From Alphaproteobacteria bacterium (GTDB lineage: Bacteria > Pseudomonadota > Alphaproteobacteria > UBA7985), in contig CBFIIW010000013.1 in the NCBI GenBank assembly GCA_965662775.1, forward strand, positions 5,702 through 69,701: a stretch of DNA of 64,000 nucleotides, in the 5' to 3' direction. A program made the translations under genes and the position numbers. Below the pieces are notes generated by a model. That model did not search any database and was not told the origin of the DNA. It was given only the letters and a program-made list of their open reading frames with translations. Each line of letters begins with the position of its first letter. The stretch's first letter is position 1. Positions 11,541 to 21,497 of the stretch are shown piece after piece.

Positions 11541-12536
11541 GTGGGCGAGACCTTTCTTGTCCGGGTTCTTGTTCCCCGAGCACAGGCCGAAGTTTTCGAA
11601 GGGCTGCTGGCCAGTCTCCCGAACGCTGTCGTAGGTCGGCAGGCGCCGCTGATCGACACAGGCGTCGACTTACGCGACAGCGAACATCTGAGTGTTTTGG
11701 CCTATCTCAATGAATCGCCCGCGGCGGAGACTGTCGCCGCGCTGGTCGCCATGGGCGAACGAATGTGTGGGCTGAACGGTGTCGACTTTGCAATCGAGAC
11801 CCTGCCGGATATTGATTGGGTGGCTGAGAGCCAATCTGCGCTGACTGCCATCCATGCTGGGCGCTTCTTTCTGCGTGGCAGCCACGACGATCGCCCGGTG
11901 CCGGCCGGGGCTGTCGGCCTGCTCATCGACGCACAGAATGCCTTTGGCACAGGCCATCACGAGACCACCCACGGCTGCCTGGAATTGCTCAGTGATATGT
12001 TACGAACACGCCAAGCACGGCGTGGAAAGAGGCATGCGCGCGCGCGGCAGCGGGTTCTGGATCTGGGTGCAGGATCGGGCGTACTCGCACTGGCCTGGGC
12101 GCGGGCAAGCCGCCAGCGGGTACTGGGCTCTGATATCGATCCCGCCACCGTCAGCGTAGCAACGACAAACGCCAGACGAAACGGGGTAGGACATCTGGCC
12201 CGGTTTGTACCGGGTGCAGGCATTGGCCACAGCGCGATCCGAACCGGCGAGCGGCGGGATCTGGTGCTGGCTAATATCCTGTCGGGCCACCTAATTAACC
12301 TTGCCCCGTCAATCGCTAGCGTAACGGCTGGCGGCGGACAGGTGGTGCTTGCCGGCCTGCTGCGCCGGCAAGAACAACAGGTCGAGCGCAGCTTCCTGGC
12401 GCTGGGTTTTCGCGCCGAGCGAAGGATCAGGCGTGGTCCCTGGACCGTGCTGCAACTGCGCAATGGTCGTGTCCGCCTTCCCCGACAGATCAATCGTCGA
12501 TGTCAGGCCTGGCTGCGCCACATCGACTTTCACTGA
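11541..12536 (+). CDS. prmA: Ribosomal protein L11 methyltransferase
   Basis: AFGTGHHETT, VLDLGAGSGVL and ANIL motifs. Confidence 0.9.
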   Translation: MGETFLVRVLVPRAQAEVFEGLLASLPNAVVGRQAPLIDTGVDLRDSEHLSVLAYLNESPAAETVAALVAMGERMCGLNGVDFAIETLPDIDWVAESQSALTAIHAGRFFLRGSHDDRPVPAGAVGLLIDAQNAFGTGHHETTHGCLELLSDMLRTRQARRGKRHARARQRVLDLGAGSGVLALAWARASRQRVLGSDIDPATVSVATTNARRNGVGHLARFVPGAGIGHSAIRTGERRDLVLANILSGHLINLAPSIASVTAGGGQVVLAGLLRRQEQQVERSFLALGFRAERRIRRGPWTVLQLRNGRVRLPRQINRRCQAWLRHIDFH

Positions 12537-12623
12537 GCCCCAATTAAGCCCAAATGGCCACCAATTGCCTTCAGAAGCACCGCCGGACTTGACGAAACGG
12601 GACATAAACGACTCTATGCTTGC

Positions 12624-13127
12624 ATGCGCATTATCGGACTCGATCCCGGACTTCGGATAACGGGCTGGGGGGTAATCGATCAAACGGGAAACCGTCTGTC
12701 ACCGGTTGCCCACGGCACTGTAAAACCAGACGCTGCTCTGCCCATGGCTCAGCGATTGGTCCAGCTTGAAAAGGCTTTGGTGAAAATCATTGCCGAACAC
12801 GGCCCCGATGAAGCCGCCGTTGAAGAAACGTTCGTCAACCAGAATCCGGCGTCGACGCTCAAGCTCGGTATGGCCCGCGGGGTGGTGCTGCTGGCACCGG
12901 CCAGCCTAGGCCTCCCCGTGGGGGAATATGCTCCAACACGAGTGAAGAAGGCAGTTGTCGGCGCAGGGAGGGCTGACAAGGAACAGGTTCAATTGATGGT
13001 CCGTCGTCTGCTGCCTGGGGTCGACGTGACCTCGGCTGATGCGGCTGATGCGTTGGCTGTTGCCATTTGCCACGCCCACTACGCTGAGTCAGATCGACGG
13101 CTCGCAGCTTCGAGGATGTCCGCATGA
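12624..13127 (+). CDS. ruvC: Holliday junction resolvase
   Basis: IIGLDPG and DAADALAVAICH motifs. Confidence 0.97.
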   Translation: MRIIGLDPGLRITGWGVIDQTGNRLSPVAHGTVKPDAALPMAQRLVQLEKALVKIIAEHGPDEAAVEETFVNQNPASTLKLGMARGVVLLAPASLGLPVGEYAPTRVKKAVVGAGRADKEQVQLMVRRLLPGVDVTSADAADALAVAICHAHYAESDRRLAASRMSA

Positions 13128-13735
13128 TCGCCAAGCTCAAAGGGCTAGTCGAAGGCCAGGAAGAGGGCGCTGCGTTAATCGATGTGAGCGGTGTGGTCTA
13201 TCGCACGCTCAGCTCTTCCAAGACTCTGGCAGGTTTGCCGAACAAGGGCCAGCCGGTCGAACTGGAAACCGAGTATCTGGTGATACAGGACGTGCCGACT
13301 CTCATTGGCTTTGGTGCGCTGGCCGAGTTGGAAGCCTTTCGCCTGCTTGTTACCGTTAACGGCGTCGGTCCAAAGGCAGCGCTGGCGATTCTGAGCATAC
13401 ACGCTCCGGATGTTCTGTATGGTGCTATCGCGAATGGGGACGCAAAGGCCATTCAGGCAGCCAAGGGGGTCGGCAGTAAAGCGGCGGCGCGGATCATCAC
13501 TGATTTGCGCGATAAAGTCGGGGCCTTTGCCGGTGTGGTATCTGGTGTGGATGGGGTCAGCACAGTCCCTACGCCAGAAGGCGCCACCGCCACTGATGCC
13601 ATTTCCGCGCTGACCAACCTCGGTTATCCCCAGCCGGAGGCGAGCAAAGCCGTCGCTGTCGTACTACGGGAAGACGCGGGCGCTGATGTCTCCACCCTCA
13701 TTCGGCTGGCGCTCAAGCGTTTGTCGGGCAGCTGA
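13124..13735 (+). CDS. ruvA: Holliday junction DNA-binding subunit
   Basis: MIAKLKG start, GVGPKAAL HhH motif, ALTNLGY; ATGA overlap with ruvC. Confidence 0.96.
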   Translation: MIAKLKGLVEGQEEGAALIDVSGVVYRTLSSSKTLAGLPNKGQPVELETEYLVIQDVPTLIGFGALAELEAFRLLVTVNGVGPKAALAILSIHAPDVLYGAIANGDAKAIQAAKGVGSKAAARIITDLRDKVGAFAGVVSGVDGVSTVPTPEGATATDAISALTNLGYPQPEASKAVAVVLREDAGADVSTLIRLALKRLSGS

Positions 13736-13753
13736 AGCGAGGGGGTATGATCC

Positions 13754-14842
13754 ATGACAGATGATCCGATGAACCCCGAGGGAACCCACACCCGATTGGT
13801 GGATGCACTGAACAGCAGTGATAGCCCGATCGATCAGGGTCTGCGCCCACAGTTGCTTCAGGATTTCGTGGGACAGGAGCGCCTGCGCCGCAACCTCAAG
13901 GTCGGGATCGAAGCCGCCAAGCAGCGACGCGAAGCTGTGGACCATGTGCTGTTTCACGGCCCGCCGGGGTTGGGCAAGACCACACTGGCGCAGATCGTGG
14001 CTTCTGAACTCGGGGTCGGTTTTCGCCAGACCTCGGGACCGATGATTTCACGGGCAGGTGACCTCGCCGCTATCCTGACCAACCTGCAGCCTCGTGACGT
14101 GCTGTTCATCGACGAAATTCACCGGCTTTCAACGGCCGTCGAAGAGGTGCTCTACTCGGCCATGGAAGATTTCCAGCTCGACCTGATCATCGGTGAAGGC
14201 CCGGCGGCACGCTCTGTCCGCGTTGATCTTGCACCGTTTACGTTGGTCGGGGCGACCACGCGGGTAGGTCTGTTGTCTAAGCCATTGCAGGATCGCTTCG
14301 GCATCGTCCAGCGCCTGGATTTCTATGACGAAGGCGACTTGGAAAGGATCATTGTCCGGGGTGCGCGGGTGCTGGAGGTGAGTCTCGAAGGCGAAGCTTG
14401 TGTCGAAATTGCCCGCCGTGCCAGGGGCACGCCCCGGATCGCTGGGCGGCTGCTGCGCCGGGTTCGTGACTTTGCTGTGGTCATGGGGGATGGCCGGATC
14501 ACCCTGCCGCTAGCCCGGTCCGCGCTGGACGAACTGGACGTCGACCCCCTCGGGCTTGACGACATGGACCAGCGCTATCTCCGCGCACTGGCCAAGACAT
14601 ACCGGGGCGGGCCGGTCGGGGTAGAGACGCTTGCCGTCGCTCTCTCCGAGCAGCGCGATACGCTCGAACACGTTGTTGAACCCTACCTGATCCAGCGGGC
14701 TCTGATCCAACGGACCCCCCGCGGTCGGGTGCTGGAGCGCTTTGGGTGGGAGCATCTGGGGCTAAAGCCCTTACCTAAGGCCGCTGAGGAGGACCTTGGA
14801 GCCCTCTTCAATACGTCGGAGTCCAAGACCGATGAACGCTAA
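13754..14842 (+). CDS. ruvB: Holliday junction branch-migration AAA+ ATPase
   Basis: [21 protein letters not shown] and RTPRGR motifs. Confidence 0.98.
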   Translation: MTDDPMNPEGTHTRLVDALNSSDSPIDQGLRPQLLQDFVGQERLRRNLKVGIEAAKQRREAVDHVLFHGPPGLGKTTLAQIVASELGVGFRQTSGPMISRAGDLAAILTNLQPRDVLFIDEIHRLSTAVEEVLYSAMEDFQLDLIIGEGPAARSVRVDLAPFTLVGATTRVGLLSKPLQDRFGIVQRLDFYDEGDLERIIVRGARVLEVSLEGEACVEIARRARGTPRIAGRLLRRVRDFAVVMGDGRITLPLARSALDELDVDPLGLDDMDQRYLRALAKTYRGGPVGVETLAVALSEQRDTLEHVVEPYLIQRALIQRTPRGRVLERFGWEHLGLKPLPKAAEEDLGALFNTSESKTDER

Positions 14843-15317
14843 AACACAGGTTAGTATCGCAGGCGACCCGCTTGGCCCTCAAGGCCACTTCGAGGGTAAG
14901 ACCTTCGTGCTCTACAATCGGGTCTATTTCCACGACACCGATGCTGCTGGGATCGTTTACCACGGCACCTATCTTAATTTTGCCGAACGCGCGCGGACTG
15001 AAATGCTGCGTCACCTGCGAGTCGACCCCGACTGGCTATGGCAGGAATATCGGCTGCGTTTCGTCATCGTCGGTGCTGAGCTCGAATTCCGGCGTCCTGC
15101 CGTGCACGATGATGTGATCGAAATTCGGACAGATTATCGTGCCACAACGGCTGCGCGCATGATCCTGCATCAAACCATGCTGGTGAAGGGTGAGATTGCT
15201 ACGTTCCTGCGCATTACCGTCTCGCAGATCAAAGAGTCTGGGCGGCCCGCACGACTACCTCGGGCGGCTCTGGACGCCATGGCCCCTTATCTTCAACCTT
15301 TGCAGCCGAGCGAGTGA
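14832..15317 (+). CDS. ybgC: YbgC/4HBT family acyl-CoA thioesterase
   Basis: [23 protein letters not shown] motif; lies between ruvB and tolQ. Confidence 0.9.
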   Translation: MNAKTQVSIAGDPLGPQGHFEGKTFVLYNRVYFHDTDAAGIVYHGTYLNFAERARTEMLRHLRVDPDWLWQEYRLRFVIVGAELEFRRPAVHDDVIEIRTDYRATTAARMILHQTMLVKGEIATFLRITVSQIKESGRPARLPRAALDAMAPYLQPLQPSE

Positions 15318-15324
15318 TCCGACC

Positions 15325-16017
15325 ATGGAACTTTCAACCAGCGTCAGCACGGCCTCAATCTACGAGATCCTCATTGGTGCGCCTTTGGTGGTCAAGTTCG
15401 TCATGGGGTTGCTGGTCTTCCTGTCGGTTTGGACGTGGGCGATCATTGTTTCAAAGATGTTGCTGATCCGGCGGGCGACCCGCAATGCGGCAGCCTTTGA
15501 AAGCAGTTTCTGGTCCGGCGGAAACCTCGATAAGCTCTATGAACAGGTCGGACAGGCACCCACAGACCCCATGCAAGCGGTCTTTGCAGCGGGGATGCGC
15601 GAGTGGCGGCGCACGCCTGCAGATTTACCCAGCGGCAGTGCGCTTTCCATCGCCCAGCGGATCGACCGTGCGATGATGCTTACTGTTGCCCGCGAACTCA
15701 GCCGAATGGAGCGACAGATGATTGTGCTCGCTTCAATCGGGACAGCGGCGCCGTTTATCGGTCTATTCGGGACGGTCTGGGGGGTGATGAATGCCTTCCT
15801 CGGCATAGCAGCGGCGGGTAACACCACGCTGGCCGTGGTGGCGCCAGGCATTGCGGAGGCCCTGCTGGCTACAGCATTGGGGCTGGTCGCGGCCATTCCT
15901 GCTTCGATCGCTTACAATATCTTTACCACCGGCATGGCTCGCTACGCCGGGCGGCTTGAAGACTTTTCCGGCGAGTTCGGGACTATTCTTACGCGGCAGC
16001 TCGAAGTGAAGGGCTGA
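15325..16017 (+). CDS. tolQ: Tol-Pal motor subunit TolQ
   Basis: APFIGLFGTVWG and VAPGIAEALLATALGL motifs. Confidence 0.96.
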   Translation: MELSTSVSTASIYEILIGAPLVVKFVMGLLVFLSVWTWAIIVSKMLLIRRATRNAAAFESSFWSGGNLDKLYEQVGQAPTDPMQAVFAAGMREWRRTPADLPSGSALSIAQRIDRAMMLTVARELSRMERQMIVLASIGTAAPFIGLFGTVWGVMNAFLGIAAAGNTTLAVVAPGIAEALLATALGLVAAIPASIAYNIFTTGMARYAGRLEDFSGEFGTILTRQLEVKG

Positions 16018-16020
16018 CCC

Positions 16021-16464
16021 ATGGCACTGCGCAGCCTGACCCCTGGCGACCGGTCCAACCGCACCCGCTACCGCCCCATGACAGAAATCAACGTCACACC
16101 CTTTGTCGACGTCATGCTGATCCTGTTGGTGGTGTTCATGGTCTCAGCGCCCCTATTGACCATCGGAGTGCCGCTGGACCTGCCTGAAGGGGACGCGCCG
16201 GCACTGAATGAAGCCGACGAAGCTGTCACGCTGTCAATCCAGCCTGATGGCAGCTTGTTCCTCAACGACCAACCGACCTCGGCGCAGCGGGTGCTGATCG
16301 AGCTCGAAGTCTTGACTGGCGGCAATCGGCAGGCTCGCATCTTCCTACGCGGCGATCGGACGCTGCTTTACGGCGATGTCATGGGCGTTATGGCGGACCT
16401 TGCAGCCGAGGGATATACCAGCCTGCGTCTGGTGGCCGAGCCACCCGGCAGTAGTGGGCGTTAA
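16021..16464 (+). CDS. tolR: Tol-Pal motor subunit TolR
   Basis: EINVTPFVDVMLILL TM helix with the conserved Asp; RGD..L.YG. Confidence 0.95.
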   Translation: MALRSLTPGDRSNRTRYRPMTEINVTPFVDVMLILLVVFMVSAPLLTIGVPLDLPEGDAPALNEADEAVTLSIQPDGSLFLNDQPTSAQRVLIELEVLTGGNRQARIFLRGDRTLLYGDVMGVMADLAAEGYTSLRLVAEPPGSSGR

Positions 16465-16473
16465 GGACAGGCC

Positions 16474-17490
16474 ATGGTACGGGCGCTTCTCATCTCCACA
16501 GCAAGCCATGCTCTCGTTCTGACAGCTGTTGCCGGTGAGCTGAACATTCCGATGTTTGAGCTGCGCCAGCCCGACCCGATAGAGGTAGAAATCCTCTTCG
16601 AAGAAGAGGCGATTGAGGTCAGCGAAACAGTAGTGCTCGAAGACTTTTCGCGCCCGGTTCCACCAGATGAGAACGATGCGGACGACATACCGGTTGATGA
16701 GACTGATGTGCCTCAGGCAGATCCCGAGGTCCAACCGCCCCGGGTTGAGACCGATCCGGCTTTCATGCCCGCATCGACCGATGATGCGACTTTGCCCGAG
16801 GGGCTCGACCCTGCAATCGAGCGGGATGACGTTCTCGACCCGACTGCGGCACCGGAGCCACCGGCCGATGATCAGTCCCCTGACGAGGATGATTTTGCGG
16901 CGGCGGAAAATGACTCAGTCGGTGATCTGATTTCCCGTCTTGCGGACGAAGCATCGGCAGAAACTGGTGATGGGGCTGAAGATGAAGTCTTTGTCCCCGC
17001 CTATCCCAAGCCTCGCCCACGCGCGGCGCCTGTCTACAGCGACCCAGACGAAGAAGCCCGTGTTGCAGCAGAGGCTGCGGCCAACGCGGCAGAAGCCGAA
17101 GAAGCGGCTCAAGCTGCGGAAGCGGCTACGACGGAGCAGGCTGCAAGGGACCAACGAGAGCAGCAGGCCCGCCTGCAGGCGGCTGAAACCCGGGCAAGCG
17201 AGTACACCATAAACTGCGTTCACGGGCAGTGGCGATGGCCGGTTGGCGTGAATGATCTACGCGCCTGGCAAGTGAGTTTTATCCTGAGTCTCGATGCAGA
17301 CGGCATGATCGAAGAAATCGCCCGGGGTGATGTCGCAGCAGAAGACGGTGCCGAACAGGATCTGATCAACGCTTTCGTCCTATCGGCGGAAAGTGCGCTG
17401 TTTGGCTGCGAGCCGTTCCTCGACCCTTCTGGTGCCAGTGATAAGCCCTTCATCATTGAGCCGGTTCTGCGACCACGTAACAGCCAGTAA
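16474..17490 (+). CDS. tolA: TolA-like protein (TM anchor, acidic linker, TonB/TolA C-terminal domain)
   Basis: N-terminal S..H TM motif; position between tolR and tolB; C-terminal Cys pair. Confidence 0.75.
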   Translation: MVRALLISTASHALVLTAVAGELNIPMFELRQPDPIEVEILFEEEAIEVSETVVLEDFSRPVPPDENDADDIPVDETDVPQADPEVQPPRVETDPAFMPASTDDATLPEGLDPAIERDDVLDPTAAPEPPADDQSPDEDDFAAAENDSVGDLISRLADEASAETGDGAEDEVFVPAYPKPRPRAAPVYSDPDEEARVAAEAAANAAEAEEAAQAAEAATTEQAARDQREQQARLQAAETRASEYTINCVHGQWRWPVGVNDLRAWQVSFILSLDADGMIEEIARGDVAAEDGAEQDLINAFVLSAESALFGCEPFLDPSGASDKPFIIEPVLRPRNSQ

Positions 17491-17622
17491 GCCGCGTTGC
17501 ATGCATGGTGGGGCCTGCGGTTTTTGGTCACTGTGACGTGAACGCAACAAGATTGGGAAACCCACGAAGCGGACTATTCCAGCCCCATTTCCGCCCTAGT
17601 GCACGCGTTTTTAGGCACGGTC

Positions 17623-18945
17623 ATGCGTAGTGTCTTCCTCATCATAGTTATTGGCTTATTCTTTGCCGGTGGCGCGAACGCGCAGTTCCGTGTCGGCATC
17701 GCAGGTGGCCAGAAGGGTTCGATCCCTGTTGCCGTACTCGAATTGTACGCGGAGCAGAGCGGTTCGATGCAGCATGCGCGCGACCTGACGCGGATCATGC
17801 GACAGAACCTCAGCAAGTCTGGTGCCTTTGAAGTTGTCGATCCCACGGCCTACCCGCAACAGGCGGCGGACTTCCTCAACAATCCCGATTGGCGCGGATG
17901 GCGTGAGTCGACGGCTCAGGCGCTCGTGGTGGGTTCGGTTTCGGTGAACGAAAGCGACATTGAGGTGAAGTACTTTCTCTACCAGCCGCGCAGCAAGCAG
18001 CGCCGAGAGGCGCAGCGCGCGCGGCTGCCGCTAAACCAGTGGCGTGGTCTGGCGCATTTTATCTCCGACAGGATCCATCTGAAGTTTGCTGGGATGAACG
18101 GTCATTTTGGCAGCCAGATCCTGTTTATTGCGGAGGATGGAACGGCGACATCACGTGTGAAGCGGCTGGCCATGATGGATCAGGACGGCCACAATATCCG
18201 CTACCTGTCTGACGGTCGCTCGATCGTGGTGACCCCCCGTTTCTCTCCCGATGGCCGGGAAATCACATATACGGAAATCAGCAACGGACGGGTGCAGGTT
18301 ATCCTCAAGCACCTGGTCACGGGGCAGCAGGAAGTTCTGGAAACCGCCCAAGGCACCTCAACATTTTCCCCGCGTTTCTCCCCTGATGGTCGTGGAATTG
18401 TCTATTCCCTCGCCCTCAATGGCAATACCGACATCTATTACATGGATCTGCAGACGCGGGCGCGAGAAAGGGTAACAACCAGTTCGAGCGCTGAAACGTC
18501 GCCTTCGATCTCCCCTGATGGGCGGCTGGTTGCCTTTGAGAGTGATCGCAGCGGCACGCAGCAGATCTATGTTCTCAACCGGCAAACGGGACAGGTTCGC
18601 CGGATATCGGTGCAGGACCGTGCGCGCTATGCCACGCCAGTCTGGTCGCCCAAGGGTGACTGGATTGCCTTTACCCGGATTAAGGATGGCGAGTTCTCCA
18701 TCGGCATGATGCGTCCAGACGGAACAAGCGAGCAGATTCTGGCAAACGGCTACGTGGTCGAAAGCCCCACGTGGTCGCCCAACGGTTCTGCCCTGGCCTT
18801 CGCTCGACAGGAGCGGCAGACTGGTGACGGTTCTGTGAAGACCCGGATCTACGCAGTCGACATCAATAGTCGACAGGAATGGCTGCTGCCGACGACCAGT
18901 GAAGCCTCCGACCCGGCGTGGTCTCCGCGTATGGGCCGAAACTAG
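17623..18945 (+). CDS. tolB: TolB beta-propeller protein
   Basis: Signal peptide, MDQDG motif, repeated P.FSPDG (PD40) units, DPAWSP. Start inferred (alternative GTG 17599). Confidence 0.95.
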   Translation: MRSVFLIIVIGLFFAGGANAQFRVGIAGGQKGSIPVAVLELYAEQSGSMQHARDLTRIMRQNLSKSGAFEVVDPTAYPQQAADFLNNPDWRGWRESTAQALVVGSVSVNESDIEVKYFLYQPRSKQRREAQRARLPLNQWRGLAHFISDRIHLKFAGMNGHFGSQILFIAEDGTATSRVKRLAMMDQDGHNIRYLSDGRSIVVTPRFSPDGREITYTEISNGRVQVILKHLVTGQQEVLETAQGTSTFSPRFSPDGRGIVYSLALNGNTDIYYMDLQTRARERVTTSSSAETSPSISPDGRLVAFESDRSGTQQIYVLNRQTGQVRRISVQDRARYATPVWSPKGDWIAFTRIKDGEFSIGMMRPDGTSEQILANGYVVESPTWSPNGSALAFARQERQTGDGSVKTRIYAVDINSRQEWLLPTTSEASDPAWSPRMGRN

Positions 18946-19361
18946 GGTCCAGATCGCAGAGTGGTCCAGACGTCACCTGTGGGGCTGTTGTCTGACTGAG
19001 GCGCTCTCATTTCAAAACCAGCTCATCGGTCGAGTTCTGTTTTCCACAGACACGCCACCGCTTGGGATAAGTCCTTAGACTGAGGCTGCAAACGTCGACA
19101 CTAAATCCACTATTTTAATTAGTGAAATGGAACTGGCTTTGCGCCTTTACGCCCCGATTCGGCCTAATCCGGCGTATAACCTTGAACTTTGTTCCTGCTT
19201 TGCGTCCAAAAGTGTGGCACTGAATCATTTTTCTTTGCCTAATGAACCTTGGTGGTGTAAAACAGCAACAGTCACATGGTGCAACAGACTCATGTCTAAT
19301 TTTTTGCTTTGAGGCTTGGCCTACACGGGAGCGCCCGGAGTTTTTTGGAGTTTTGCCGACG

Positions 19362-19982
19362 ATGTTGAAACGGACCGTCTTTGCGATCCTTGCGCCTTTG
19401 GTCCTCGTCGCCTGCGACCCTCAGGTGCGCGCGAATGAGCAGGAGCAGGCCACTGCGTCGGCACCAGCTGCGGCACCGGCGCAGTTGTTCCAGCAGACGC
19501 CAGCCCAAGCACCGGCGCCTCTCCTTGGCAGCCAGCCCGGTCAGGTGCTGATTGCCGGAACCAACCCCGGCCCGCAGATCCCAATGGCAACGCCAAATCT
19601 GTACAGCCCACCACAGTTCGCTAGCGGCCCGAGCCAGGTTGGCCTGCGCTCCGACGTTGGTGACCGGATCTTCTTCACCACCGACAGCGCGACCCTGGAC
19701 CCGCGTGGCGCTGGCGTGGTTGATCAGCTTGCGGCGTGGATGCGGCAGTATCCATCAACGACCCTTCGAATCGAAGGGCACGCTGATGAGCGAGGAACAC
19801 GAGACTACAATATTGCGCTGGGAGATCAGCGCGCGACTGCCATTCGTAATCGCCTTCTCCAACTTGGTATCGCCTCTGAGCGGCTGTCGACGGTTTCGTA
19901 CGGCAAGGAGCGTCCGGTCGCTTCTGGCTCCACCCCGACCGTTTGGGCTCAGAACCGCCGAGCCGTCTTCGTGGTTCTGTGA
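19362..19982 (+). CDS. pal: Peptidoglycan-associated lipoprotein
   Basis: LVAC lipobox; IEGHADERGTRDYNIALG..RA, SYGKERP and NRRA motifs. Confidence 0.95.
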   Translation: MLKRTVFAILAPLVLVACDPQVRANEQEQATASAPAAAPAQLFQQTPAQAPAPLLGSQPGQVLIAGTNPGPQIPMATPNLYSPPQFASGPSQVGLRSDVGDRIFFTTDSATLDPRGAGVVDQLAAWMRQYPSTTLRIEGHADERGTRDYNIALGDQRATAIRNRLLQLGIASERLSTVSYGKERPVASGSTPTVWAQNRRAVFVVL

Positions 19983-20013
19983 CCGCCTGACGATTTGATC
20001 AAACTACTTTTAC

Positions 20014-20042
20014 AGGGGGGCAACAGACCCCCCTTTTTTTTT
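20014..20042 (+). terminator. Intrinsic terminator after pal
   Basis: GGGGGG-caacaga-CCCCCC followed by T9. Confidence 0.85.
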
Positions 20043-20147
20043 CTTGTTGTTTCAACGGCAGTGATCCGTTGCTCAGGTGTTGTATGGTTCCATCTTTGGC
20101 GAAAAGTCAGTAAACCTCTGCAGGGAATGAAGAGGGACTGAACGAGG

Positions 20148-21497
20148 ATGCTTGCATCTGTTTCCGGCGCGCGCAGCCTGCTGACTGGTATCGCGCTGGC
20201 TTTAGCCTTTTTGGGAATTGCTGCTGCGGCATGGTCCCATGACGAGGACGCAGGCGATCGCCTGCTTCTGGAACTGCAACAATTGCGGTCTGAGCTCGAT
20301 TCCCTGCGAGACCAACTGGAAATCGGTGGTGAGGTAGCGGATGTCCGGTTTGAAGGCGTTCAGGCCAGCATCGACCGGTTGGCCGACGTTGCTGTGCAGA
20401 TCCAAGCGGACGCTGCAGAAGCAAACCGGACCGCCGAAGCTGCCCGGCGCAGCGTGGCTGACCTCACAACCCGGGTGACGGCCATGGAAGGCAGGATTGC
20501 CAGCCTGCCGGCGCCTCCCAAGACCGCAAATACTTCCGATGGCACCACAACAACCGCCGAAGCTGATGCTGAGGCGGGTGCACCAGACGGAACGAGTGAG
20601 GCCGCGGCAATGGTCATTCCGCCAGCTCTGCCCAAAGACAGACCTACCGAAGATATGCCGTCACGCCTCGCGCTTGATGATGGCGCCAGCGGTGCTGGCG
20701 CGGATGAGGTAGCGGCTAGTTTGAACACCAATAATGCGAGCACAACGGACGAAGGCGACGGCGATACCGACAACAGCTTCGACGCTGAAGCTGACACTGA
20801 AACCGAAACCGAAACCGAAACTGAAACCGAAACCGAAACTGAAACTGTCGCTGAAGAGTACCTGAGTACAGGCAGCGCGGCCTCTTTTGAAGACCGGGGA
20901 ACCGATGACGGCGGAACCGACGCAACATCGGTGGCGGCAGAGGGTGATGCGGCCCTCGCGACGGCTCAAGGCGGAGACGAGAGGGCGACCAGTGATTTCA
21001 GCGCCACCTTCGGCGCTGCACCGCCTGTGGTTCCGGCAAATCGTCCCGATGCTCCAGATCACTTGGCCCTGGACGATGGCGCAGAAACTGCTCCAGGCTC
21101 TGTTCTGGTCGAAGGCGAGGGGCGTGAGGCCTTCGAGACGGCCAGTCGCTTGTTTGAGGCCGGAGACTTTAGCAGTGCTTTCACCGCCCTGCGGCAAGCA
21201 ATAGACAGCGGCATGCTGGATGATGATGATGAAGCGGAAGCAGTATACATGCTGGGAACGGCTTATCTGCGGGCGGGCGAATATCCCCTTGCTATTCAGG
21301 TGCTGGCTCAGGGGCTGCGGTCTTTCCCGACTTCGGACTTTGCCGCTCGCTCGATCCTGAGCCTGGCCGACGCGCTGACCGCCAACGGCCAGCGTGCCGA
21401 AGGCTGCCGTCTGCTGTCCTTTGTTCCGATCGAGTATCCGCTCGACTCCGAAGCTATTTCCGATGCGTCATCCCGCTCAGAGCAACTTGACTGCTGA
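20148..21497 (+). CDS. cpoB: CpoB/YbgF-like periplasmic coiled-coil + TPR protein with a long acidic linker
   Basis: Signal peptide, N-terminal coiled coil, C-terminal TPRs with a Cys pair; position between pal and tilS. Confidence 0.75.
   Translation: MLASVSGARSLLTGIALALAFLGIAAAAWSHDEDAGDRLLLELQQLRSELDSLRDQLEIGGEVADVRFEGVQASIDRLADVAVQIQADAAEANRTAEAARRSVADLTTRVTAMEGRIASLPAPPKTANTSDGTTTTAEADAEAGAPDGTSEAAAMVIPPALPKDRPTEDMPSRLALDDGASGAGADEVAASLNTNNASTTDEGDGDTDNSFDAEADTETETETETETETETETVAEEYLSTGSAASFEDRGTDDGGTDATSVAAEGDAALATAQGGDERATSDFSATFGAAPPVVPANRPDAPDHLALDDGAETAPGSVLVEGEGREAFETASRLFEAGDFSSAFTALRQAIDSGMLDDDDEAEAVYMLGTAYLRAGEYPLAIQVLAQGLRSFPTSDFAARSILSLADALTANGQRAEGCRLLSFVPIEYPLDSEAISDASSRSEQLDC
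20799..20846 (+). repeat. In-frame hexanucleotide tandem repeat (GAAACY)8 encoding (ET)8
   Basis: Read directly from the sequence. Confidence 0.95.

Noticed and set aside
12595-12609. LexA box before ruvC (AAAC-N7-AAAC)
   Set aside because: Two mismatches to GAAC-N7-GAAC; too weak to call.
19039-19048. DnaA-box-like TTTTCCACA (and TTGTCCACA near 44584)
   Set aside because: Isolated boxes with no cluster or unwinding element; not an origin.
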